NCBI GenBank assembly: GCA_023380475.1 | Contig: JAMCRD010000005.1 | Span: forward strand, 16,087-80,086 | Length of the DNA: 64,000 nucleotides | Reading direction: 5' to 3' | Origin: Patescibacteria group bacterium | GTDB lineage: Bacteria > Patescibacteriota > Minisyncoccia > UBA6257 > Colwellbacteraceae | Shown: in pieces, positions 56,189-64,000 of the stretch | Position numbering within the stretch: the first letter of the stretch is position 1 | Layout of the letters: each line of letters starts with the position of its first letter | The notes under the pieces: model-generated | Database searches by the model: none | What the model was told of the DNA's origin: nothing | Seen by the model: the letters and a program-made list of their open reading frames with translations, nothing else | Position numbers and translations under genes: made by a program

Positions 56189-56869
56189 ATGACTAAAGGC
56201 AGATTTTTTGCGATAGAGGGTACGGACGGGTCAGGCAAGAGTGAGCAGATTCTGCGGCTGGTAGATCGCCTGAAGAAAGAAAACTATCCGGTCAGCTCTT
56301 TCGATTTTCCCAGATATAGTGAGCCCTCTGCTTGGTTTGCCAGCCAGTATCTCCAGGGTGGTTTCGGTGCGATGGAAGAGATTAATCCCAAAACAGCCTC
56401 GTTGTTTTATGCTCTAGATAGATACGCCGCTGCGCCCCAAATCCGTGCCGCACTAGCGGCCGGCAGGATAGTCGTGTCTGATCGCTATGTGGCCTCCAAT
56501 CTGGCTCATCAAGGATCGAGAGTAGGAGATGGTAAGGAGCGCCAAAAATATTTCCAGTGGGATTATGAGTTGGAATATGATATCAATTGCATTCCCAAGC
56601 CTGACCTCAATATAATCTTACATGTGCCGGCGGAGGTGGCTGCACAGCTAATCGCTGAACGCAATCGCCGGAGCGGTAAGAGAAAGGATCTGCACGAGTC
56701 AGATCTACCATATCTCAAGCGTACCGAGGAGGCTTACCAACGGGTAGCTCTATCGTTCCCCAGAGACTTTGTCGTTGTGGAATGCGTTGAAGACAGTCAC
56801 TTAATGGGAGTCGATGACATTCACGAGAAAATTTGGGAAATAGTAAAATCGAATTTGAGTAAACAATAA
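56189..56869 (+). CDS. tmk: Thymidylate kinase
   Basis: IEGTDGSGKS P-loop, FPRY, LFYALDR, DRY, PDL, DLHE. Confidence 0.9.
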   Translation: MTKGRFFAIEGTDGSGKSEQILRLVDRLKKENYPVSSFDFPRYSEPSAWFASQYLQGGFGAMEEINPKTASLFYALDRYAAAPQIRAALAAGRIVVSDRYVASNLAHQGSRVGDGKERQKYFQWDYELEYDINCIPKPDLNIILHVPAEVAAQLIAERNRRSGKRKDLHESDLPYLKRTEEAYQRVALSFPRDFVVVECVEDSHLMGVDDIHEKIWEIVKSNLSKQ

Positions 56870-58335
56870 TGTCCCGTTTCGTACCAACTATCGGTTTAGA
56901 AATTCACGCCGAGCTTAGGACAGTGACCAAGATGTTCTGCGGCTGTCTTAATGACCCGGAAGAGCATCAGCCTAATATAAACGTCTGTCCGGTTTGTTTG
57001 GGCCACCCCGGTGCATTGCCTACGATCAACCGCGAAGCGGTAAACAAAGTTATCTCTGTTGGCTTGGCTCTGGGCGGGAAGATAGGCAACGTATCTAAGT
57101 TTGATCGTAAAAGTTACTTTTATCCCGACCTGCCAAAGAGTTATCAAATAAGCCAATATGATGAGCCGCTTGTCATAGGTGGTTCACTAAAAGGGGTTAG
57201 GTTAACGCGTATCCACTTGGAGGAAGACACGGGGAGATTGTCTCACCAACTACCCGGGACGGTCGGTCGCGACCAAGATTATAGCTACGTTGACTTTAAC
57301 CGTTCCGGCATGCCGCTGATGGAACTAGTTACAGAACCGGACATAAAGTCGGCTGAACAAGCTCTGGAGTTCGCTAAGGAACTCCAGCTTATCTTGCGCT
57401 ACTTGGGAGCATCGGACGCTGACATGGAAAAGGGTCAGATGCGAGTGGAAGCCAACCTTTCAATAGCTGAGCCTGGCGCTAAGCTGGGTACGAAAGTGGA
57501 AGTTAAGAATCTGAATTCCTTCCGGGCGGTAAGAGATGCCATAAAGTACGAAATAGAGCGGCAAACGAAGATACTTGAAGGCGGCGGGAAAGTTATTCAG
57601 GAAACGCGCGGCTGGGATGAGCGAGGAGTCACAGTTTCACAGCGGCTCAAAGAGCAGGCTCATGATTACCGCTATATGCCAGAGCCTGATCTGCCGCCCA
57701 TGCTGATAAGCGATAAGGAAATTGAGGAGCTGCGGACTAATATACCGGAATTGCCTGAAGCGAGACGAGTAAGGTTTATAAACGAGTATAAGCTCGACGA
57801 GGTCCAGTCAGCTACTATCGTCGACGATCTGTCATACGCTGAGTTTTTTGAAGAAGCAGCTTCAGAGCTGAAAGCCGCGGCTGAGGATATTAATGCTAGG
57901 CAAGCTTCTTTTCAACTGTTAGCTAATTACTTGCTTAGCGATCTCAGAGGCCTGATGCAAAAGAAGGGTGTTGTTGATATGCCCGCTGTCCGCGATAAAG
58001 TACCACCAGCTAATTTCGCTTATCTCATAGCTTTAGTTGCTGCGAATAAAGTATCCAGTCGGACTGCAAAGGACACGCTTGCCGAGATGTTGGAGAAGGG
58101 GATAGACCCCCGTGAAATTCTGGAGAGTAACAGCCTGTTACAAATCCAAGACGAGAGTCAACTTGCCAGTGTAGTAGACAAGATCGTTGAATCGGCACCT
58201 AGAGCTGTAGCTGACTATAAGCGGGGCAGGACTACGGCCATTGAAGCTCTGGTCGGGAAAGCTATGGGCGAGTTGAAGGGGCGAGGAAATCCTGAAGTCT
58301 TGCGTAAGCTTTTCGCGGATCGTCTATCCAGATAA
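56869..58335 (+). CDS. gatB: Asp/Glu-tRNA amidotransferase subunit B
   Basis: IGLEIHAEL, CLGHPGALP, FDRKSYFYPDLPK, RIHLEED, ELVTEPD, EVKNLNSF, DYRYMPEPDL. Confidence 0.96.
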   Translation: MSRFVPTIGLEIHAELRTVTKMFCGCLNDPEEHQPNINVCPVCLGHPGALPTINREAVNKVISVGLALGGKIGNVSKFDRKSYFYPDLPKSYQISQYDEPLVIGGSLKGVRLTRIHLEEDTGRLSHQLPGTVGRDQDYSYVDFNRSGMPLMELVTEPDIKSAEQALEFAKELQLILRYLGASDADMEKGQMRVEANLSIAEPGAKLGTKVEVKNLNSFRAVRDAIKYEIERQTKILEGGGKVIQETRGWDERGVTVSQRLKEQAHDYRYMPEPDLPPMLISDKEIEELRTNIPELPEARRVRFINEYKLDEVQSATIVDDLSYAEFFEEAASELKAAAEDINARQASFQLLANYLLSDLRGLMQKKGVVDMPAVRDKVPPANFAYLIALVAANKVSSRTAKDTLAEMLEKGIDPREILESNSLLQIQDESQLASVVDKIVESAPRAVADYKRGRTTAIEALVGKAMGELKGRGNPEVLRKLFADRLSR

Positions 58336-59203
58336 TACTCTTGTCTCTCTTAAACCAGGTCATCTGCCGCTTGGCATACTGCCATATCTCTTTTTGTAAC
58401 TGGCTGCGCATCTCGTCGTAGGATATTAGACCGCGCAGGTAACGTGATATATATCTGTACTCCAGACCTAGATTATCCAGGCGTTTCCAGCTTAATTCTT
58501 GTTTATGCAGCTCCGTCACCTCTTTTATAAGTCCGGTTTTTAGACGCCTTTTCAATCTTAGGTTAATACGCCTTCGTAATTCTGATGGCGGAAGTTTTAT
58601 ACCTACTTTTAGTACGTTATACTCGCTATTCCTGCTGAGAACTGGCAGCGGTTTACCGGTGGTAAGCGCTATTTCCAGGGATCTGATTAGCCTGCGCCGG
58701 TTGTGGCGATCGATATTGCGTGCTCTCCTGAGGTCTACTGTAGCCAGTTTTCTAAATAATTCGCTGGTTCCCAACGCCTCAAGTTTGGCACGGAGTTTGT
58801 TTTGGGGCGGTACTGACGGCAAGGACAAGTTGTAGATAAGCGCGTCGATGTAGAAACCGGTACCGCCGCAGATTATTGGTACCTTACCCTTAGATATGAC
58901 TCCACCAATGTGTTTTTGAGCCGCCCGCTGGTACTGCGCTGCGGTGAAGACTCTTTTAGGAGATGCGACCCCAAGCAGGTGATGGGGAATGCCGTGCATC
59001 TGGCTTCTGGTTATTTTGCCGCTGCCTATATCTAATCCCCGGTATACCTGCCTGGAGTCGGCGGATATTATTTCAGCTCCCTTGACCCTTAGCTCTCTGC
59101 GCCATTTAGGACTGCCTACCTTCTTGGCGATGTTTACGGCCAAATCAGATTTACCGCTTGCAGTTGGCCCAAGCACGACTATAACTCTAGGTCGCTCCTT
59201 CAT
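58262..59203 (-). CDS. miaA: tRNA dimethylallyltransferase
   Basis: GPTASGKS, IISADSRQVY, DIGSGK, GGTGFY, YAKRQMTWF. Confidence 0.95.
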   Translation of the reverse strand: MKERPRVIVVLGPTASGKSDLAVNIAKKVGSPKWRRELRVKGAEIISADSRQVYRGLDIGSGKITRSQMHGIPHHLLGVASPKRVFTAAQYQRAAQKHIGGVISKGKVPIICGGTGFYIDALIYNLSLPSVPPQNKLRAKLEALGTSELFRKLATVDLRRARNIDRHNRRRLIRSLEIALTTGKPLPVLSRNSEYNVLKVGIKLPPSELRRRINLRLKRRLKTGLIKEVTELHKQELSWKRLDNLGLEYRYISRYLRGLISYDEMRSQLQKEIWQYAKRQMTWFKRDKSIIWIDDPRKAYARLQDFLAPSTRP

Positions 59204-59232
59204 CCTACTAAGTTGATCCTTATTCGGACTTA

Positions 59233-60990
59233 TCAGATGGTCTTATCTCTCACTTCCTGTTCTACTTTACGGACGAATTCGCTGAGCTTCATACTGATTT
59301 GTTCCTTACTCTTCCGGGTTCTCACAGTCACTGTCCCATCTTTGGCTTCCTTTTCTCCTACCACGATTATGTACGGCAGCTTCGCCAGCTCCGCTTCACG
59401 GATCCGTTTGTTGAGTGATTCATTAGTGTAGGGAAGTTCCGTTCTTATATCTGCCTTTTTGAGAGCAGTCGCCACTTCCTCGCCATACTTTAAGAATTTT
59501 TCTCCTATTGGTAAGACGGTGACCTGTACAGGTGCACACCAGACTGGGAAGGCGCCGGCGAAGTGTTCAATAACGACAGAGAGGAAACGTTCTATCGAAC
59601 CCATGATAGCGGCGTGGATCATCGCTATGCGTTCGTGTTCACCATTCTCGTTTATGCAGAAGAGATCGAAACGTTCTGGCATGTTCATATCGAGTTGAAT
59701 TGTTGCTACTTGCCATTCACGCCCCAAAGAGTCTTTGGCCATGAAGTCGAGCTTTGGGCCATAGAACGCCGCTTCACCCGGTGCTTCCGCAGCTGTGACT
59801 CCTCTTTCTTTAATCAACGAGCGGAGTTTTGATTCGGCATCATCCCACAGTTCAGCTGTGCCTAAGTATTTCTCCATGTGTGCCGGGTCGTGCAGTGAAA
59901 GTCTCACTGATAGTTTAAACCCGAACGCTCCATAGAATTCCTGTATTATGTCCCATATTTTTGATATTTCATCCTTGATCTGAGACTTACGGGCAAATAC
60001 ATGCGCATCGTCCTGTGTAATAGCGCGAACGCGCGATAAACCAGCGAGCTCGCCTGACTGTTCATCGCGATACACCTTGGTAGTGTTGGCATAGCGTTGC
60101 GGTAAGTCGCGGTAACTCCACTGGCGGCGGGCGTATATTTGGGTGTGGTGGGGGCAGTTCATGGGTTTCATAGCGAACAGGTGCCCTTCTCGTGTCTGTA
60201 TTTTGAAAAGTTCGTCCTTAAACTTCTCCCAGTGTCCGCTTTTCTCGTATAGATCCTTTTTGGTGATATGAGGGATATCTACTTGCACGTACCCACGCGC
60301 TTTCCTTAACTGCCATACAAAGTCATCAAGGAGGTTGCGGAGGGTAGTCCCTTTGGGGGTCCATAGCGGAAGGCCAGCTCCAACTAGATCGGAAAACGTG
60401 AAGAGATCCAGCTGTAGCCCTAGTATTTTATGGTCACGCCGTTTGGCTTCTTCCACAAATTTGAGATAGTCGTCCAGCTCTTTTTTGTTGGTAAAAGCTA
60501 GACCGTATATTCGCTGCAGCATAGGGTTTTTCTCATCGCCATGCCAATACGCCCCGGCTATCTTATCCAACTTAAATGCATCTGCCGGTATTTCTTCGGT
60601 GTTGTTAACATGTCCGCCGCGACATAAGTCCATAAACACATTACCGGTGTGGTATATGCTTAGGTTCTCGTTCTTATCCGAAAGCTCTTTTATAAGCTCG
60701 AGTTTGAAAGGCTGTTTGGCAAAAAGTTTTTTAGCTTCAGCCAACGATATTTTTTCGCCGGAGAAGGGGAGACGCTTCTTTATCAGCTCCCTCATCTTTT
60801 TTTCGAATCCCGTCAGATCTTCCGGGGTTAGATTGCGTGGAAGCAAAAAGTCATAGTAGAAGCCGTTGTCTATGACCGGACCGATAGCCAATTTGGCATC
60901 AGGGAACTTCTCTAAAACTGCCGCGGCTAAAAGATGGGCTAGCGAATGACGTATGTTCTCTATAGACTGAGTGCTGCTGCTTCCTGACAT
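59233..60990 (-). CDS. thrS: Threonine--tRNA ligase (no N-terminal TGS domain)
   Basis: RHSLAH, GFYYDF, DLCRGGH, RDHK, KPMNCPHH, QDDAH, AFYGPK, GSIERF. Confidence 0.96.
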   Translation of the reverse strand: MSGSSSTQSIENIRHSLAHLLAAAVLEKFPDAKLAIGPVIDNGFYYDFLLPRNLTPEDLTGFEKKMRELIKKRLPFSGEKISLAEAKKLFAKQPFKLELIKELSDKNENLSIYHTGNVFMDLCRGGHVNNTEEIPADAFKLDKIAGAYWHGDEKNPMLQRIYGLAFTNKKELDDYLKFVEEAKRRDHKILGLQLDLFTFSDLVGAGLPLWTPKGTTLRNLLDDFVWQLRKARGYVQVDIPHITKKDLYEKSGHWEKFKDELFKIQTREGHLFAMKPMNCPHHTQIYARRQWSYRDLPQRYANTTKVYRDEQSGELAGLSRVRAITQDDAHVFARKSQIKDEISKIWDIIQEFYGAFGFKLSVRLSLHDPAHMEKYLGTAELWDDAESKLRSLIKERGVTAAEAPGEAAFYGPKLDFMAKDSLGREWQVATIQLDMNMPERFDLFCINENGEHERIAMIHAAIMGSIERFLSVVIEHFAGAFPVWCAPVQVTVLPIGEKFLKYGEEVATALKKADIRTELPYTNESLNKRIREAELAKLPYIIVVGEKEAKDGTVTVRTRKSKEQISMKLSEFVRKVEQEVRDKTI

Positions 60991-63900
60991 ATCAATTTTG
61001 TATCACCGTTCCGTTTGGAGATGTGTCCGATCAGGGCTATGGTATTGCCCTCTGCCCATATCGCCGGCTTCTTCTTCAGTATTTCCGAGAACACCAATAC
61101 TTCTATAGTATTGCTCAAATCCTCGATTTTAGCAAAAACCATCGAGCTGCCGTTTTTAGTAACAACTTTTTGTACTTTTGTGATTACACCGTAAGTTTTT
61201 ATGAGTTTACGTTCGCTTTCCTCTTTTAGCACAGTTTGGATCGGACTGTACCCCTTAGCGGCAAGAGTACTCAGGTACTTTTTGAGAGGGTGATCGGTGA
61301 CGTAAAGGCCGAGCAGTTCCTTTTCCCAAGCCAGACGTTGGACATGCGTAGCTGGCGGTACATCAGCCATTTTTATTTTCACTGTCGGCGTTTCGGCGCC
61401 AAATAGTCCTATTTGTGGACTGCCGTTAATCTTTTTAAGACCGTTCGATACTTTAAGTATTTCATCCAGGCTGGCTAGAGCAGACGCTCTTTCTATGCCC
61501 AATGAGTCCATGGCGCCCGACTTTATAAGAGCTTCCATAGCCTTACGATTCAGATCATGATGGCTGATCCTCGATGTTAGGTCGGCGATATCCTTGTAAG
61601 GGCCGCCTTTAAAGCGCTCTTCCACTATGGCTTCTGTAACATTGGCTCCGAGATTCTTTATAGCCAAAAGGCCGAAACGGATACTTTTACCCTCGGGCAC
61701 GAATTGGGTCGTGCTCTTGTTTACATCGGGCGGCAAGACTTCTATGCCCATCTGTCGCGCCTCGTTGACCAAGAAAGATATGCGCTCGACGTCGCCCGAG
61801 TCGTTGTTCAGGAGAGCCGTCATGAATTCGATTGGGTAATGCGCTTTAAGATATGCTGTCTGGTAGCCAATCAGGGCGTAACAGGCCGAATGTGCACGGT
61901 TGAATCCGTAGCGAGCGAATGGTTCTATAAGTTCCCAGGCTTGATTGGCGATTTTCTGCGGTATGTTGTTTTTTATGCAACCGTTGATAAATTTTTCTTT
62001 TTGGGCATCCAGCAGGGATTTTATTTTCTTGCCGACAGCTTTTACTAATAGGTACCCCTCGCCGCGTGTTAAGCCAGCCAGCTTGGTCGCTAGATCCATG
62101 ACCTGTTCTTGGTAGACGATGATGCCGTAAGTGCTTTTAAGAGTTTCTTCCATGATGGGATGGATGTACTTAATCGGTTCTTTGCCCTGCCTGCGGTTTA
62201 TATAGCTGGGTATAAGTTCCATGGGGCCTGGACGGAATAAAGCGACCAAAGCGATAAGATCATCGATCTTAGTCGGTTTCATGTCTTTCATGTAGCGTCG
62301 CATGCCACTGGATTCGAATTGGAATACGCCTGTTGTTTCGCCGTCCTGCAAGAGTTTATATGTGTCTTTATCGTCCATGGGTAGTTTGGATACGTCCACA
62401 TTTACGTCCTTCCCATTTTCTCTGATTAGTTTGACCGTTTCCTCGATGATAGTCAGATTTTTTAGCCCCAAGAAATCCATTTTCAAAAACCCTAAGTCTT
62501 CGACGGCATGCATCTCGTATTGGGTTATTATTCTTGACTCATCTTGCGGCGCCCGTTGCAAGGGGATGTTACCGATTAGGGATTCATTAGACACAACGAC
62601 ACCGCAAGCATGCACCGATGCGTGCCTAGCCACGCCTTCCAGTTTTAAGGCTGCGTCGATAAGTTTTTTCGCATCCGGATTGGTGTTGTAAAGCGATCTA
62701 AGGTCAGGTATGTCTTTAAGACACTGCTCTAGCCACCCCTCTTTCATACCTTGGGTGGGGTTAAAAGGAATAAGTTTCGCAATCTGATCGCAGAAGCCGT
62801 AAGGATATCCCATGGCACGGCCAGCATCACGTATCGCCGCCCTGGCAGCCATGGTTCCAAAAGTGATAATTTGGGCGACATGGTTCTCGCCATATCTATC
62901 TTTTACGTAACCTAGAACCTCATCGCGACGGTGGTCGGCAAAATCGATGTCTATATCAGGCATCGAGATACGTTCTGGGTTCAAGAAACGCTCGAAGAAC
63001 AGCCCGTAGGCCATCGGGTCTATTTCAGTTATTTTAAGTATGTAGGAAACTATGCTGCCGGCAGCCGAGCCGCGGCCAGGGCCGACGGCTATGCCATGTT
63101 CTTTGGCCCAGTTAACAAAGTCTTGGACTATTAGGAAATAATCGGCAAATCCGGTTTTTTCGATGACGCCTAGCTCGTAATCGACTCGTTTTCGGATCTC
63201 AGTTGTAGCATGTGGGTATCGCAAGGGTAATTTCTGTTCTACCAATTTGCGAAAGTATTCCATACTGGAGGTCTCTCCCTCGGGGAGGGGGTACACCGGT
63301 AGACGTGTCTTGCCGAGTTCAAGTTCAAAGTTGCATTTGTCAGCGACTTTAACCGTGTTGGCAATTGCCTCGGGAATATCCTTGAACAATTCTTCCATTT
63401 GTTCGGGAGAAGTAAGAGAGTTGTCGAACTTCTTGAAACTGAACCGGTCTTCTGATTCCAAACTGCTGCCGGTTTGTATGGCTAGAAGTATCTCGTGGAT
63501 AGGTTTCTCGTCTGGAGTTAGATAGTGCGAATCTTGCGTGGCGACGAGGGAGATATCTAGTTTGTGAGCAATATCTATTAGATGCGGTTTTAGTTCGGGA
63601 GTGTGCTGCTGTATCTCGATGTAATAATCTTCACCGAATATGTCGCGGTAGTACTTGGCTATGTTTTCGGCTTCAGCTAGTTTGCCGTCCATAACGGCTC
63701 TGGCCAGTTCTCCTGAAAAGCACCCCGACAGACAGATTAGACCCTCGTGATACTTTTCCAGCAGCTCGTGGTCTATCCTCGGCTTGTAATAAAAACCTTC
63801 GAGGTGAGCTTTGGTAACTAACTCTACTAGGTTGTGGTAACCCTGCTCATTTTTGACCAGCAAAATGGAATGGTAGCGTGCGCCGTCGACCCTGGGGTCG

Positions 63901-64000
63901 CGTGAGGTTCTTGACCCCTTGGCTATGTACATCTCGACCCCGATGATGGGCTTGATGCCCGCCTTCTTGGCCTTCTCGTAAAACTCAACTGCACCGTACA
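60960..64000 (-). CDS. dnaE: DNA polymerase III alpha subunit, 5' end beyond the window
   Basis: Open frame from the window edge (YGAVEFYEKAKKAGIKPIIGVE); GRGSAAGS, PDIDIDF, HACG, KMDFLGL, GVFQFES, YGFNRAH. Confidence 0.96.
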   Translation of the reverse strand, partial: YGAVEFYEKAKKAGIKPIIGVEMYIAKGSRTSRDPRVDGARYHSILLVKNEQGYHNLVELVTKAHLEGFYYKPRIDHELLEKYHEGLICLSGCFSGELARAVMDGKLAEAENIAKYYRDIFGEDYYIEIQQHTPELKPHLIDIAHKLDISLVATQDSHYLTPDEKPIHEILLAIQTGSSLESEDRFSFKKFDNSLTSPEQMEELFKDIPEAIANTVKVADKCNFELELGKTRLPVYPLPEGETSSMEYFRKLVEQKLPLRYPHATTEIRKRVDYELGVIEKTGFADYFLIVQDFVNWAKEHGIAVGPGRGSAAGSIVSYILKITEIDPMAYGLFFERFLNPERISMPDIDIDFADHRRDEVLGYVKDRYGENHVAQIITFGTMAARAAIRDAGRAMGYPYGFCDQIAKLIPFNPTQGMKEGWLEQCLKDIPDLRSLYNTNPDAKKLIDAALKLEGVARHASVHACGVVVSNESLIGNIPLQRAPQDESRIITQYEMHAVEDLGFLKMDFLGLKNLTIIEETVKLIRENGKDVNVDVSKLPMDDKDTYKLLQDGETTGVFQFESSGMRRYMKDMKPTKIDDLIALVALFRPGPMELIPSYINRRQGKEPIKYIHPIMEETLKSTYGIIVYQEQVMDLATKLAGLTRGEGYLLVKAVGKKIKSLLDAQKEKFINGCIKNNIPQKIANQAWELIEPFARYGFNRAHSACYALIGYQTAYLKAHYPIEFMTALLNNDSGDVERISFLVNEARQMGIEVLPPDVNKSTTQFVPEGKSIRFGLLAIKNLGANVTEAIVEERFKGGPYKDIADLTSRISHHDLNRKAMEALIKSGAMDSLGIERASALASLDEILKVSNGLKKINGSPQIGLFGAETPTVKIKMADVPPATHVQRLAWEKELLGLYVTDHPLKKYLSTLAAKGYSPIQTVLKEESERKLIKTYGVITKVQKVVTKNGSSMVFAKIEDLSNTIEVLVFSEILKKKPAIWAEGNTIALIGHISKRNGDTKLICQEAAALSL

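Noticed and set aside
3362-63525. Many 60-220 aa ORFs antisense to or nested in housekeeping genes (e.g. 4373-5029, 45306-45854, 46217-46774)
   Set aside because: Shadow ORFs of well-supported genes, with no motifs of their own
1-64000. CRISPR array, rRNA, tmRNA, RNase P RNA, IS elements, prophage
   Set aside because: No regularly spaced repeats, recognisable conserved RNA motifs, transposase or capsid/terminase genes were seen by eye
1-64000. Alternative genetic code (UGA=Gly, as in Gracilibacteria)
   Set aside because: Conserved genes are full length under code 11, and TGA ends leuS, pilB and pilT at the expected positions
60960-64000. Intein or split in dnaE
   Set aside because: The visible portion is colinear with ordinary DnaE and has no splicing motifs

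Overview
A gene-dense bacterial chromosomal segment using the standard code (TGA acts as stop). Gene content points to Patescibacteria/CPR, probably Parcubacteria (inference): many information-processing genes, almost no metabolism, a complete type IV pilus locus, a homodimeric GlyRS and rplK without rplA. Housekeeping genes: parA-parB, rel, topA, an RluA-family synthase, rplS, recO, glyS, metG, tatD, leuS, ligA, gatC/A/B, murD, gyrB, secE-nusG-rplK, tmk, miaA, thrS and a partial dnaE, plus 11 tRNA genes. Highlights: (1) a pilin fused to phage-tail-fibre-like modules, followed by a 1674-aa secreted adhesin with nested IPT[DUF2341[LamG]] domains and a C-terminal GFFLLF tail, at the head of the pilus operon (candidate tip-adhesin docking system); (2) a single-chain, organelle-type PheRS with an altered amino-acid pocket; (3) a non-canonical initiator tRNA together with widespread leaderless-type promoters and an AGGTCG leader motif; (4) an HNH intein in gyrB; (5) an unannotated 25-aa Lys/Arg-rich peptide gene; (6) recombinase, HTH and ECF-sigma relics at tRNA genes. 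No CRISPR array, rRNA, reverse transcriptase or intact transposase was seen. All family calls are by motif recognition, without database searches.
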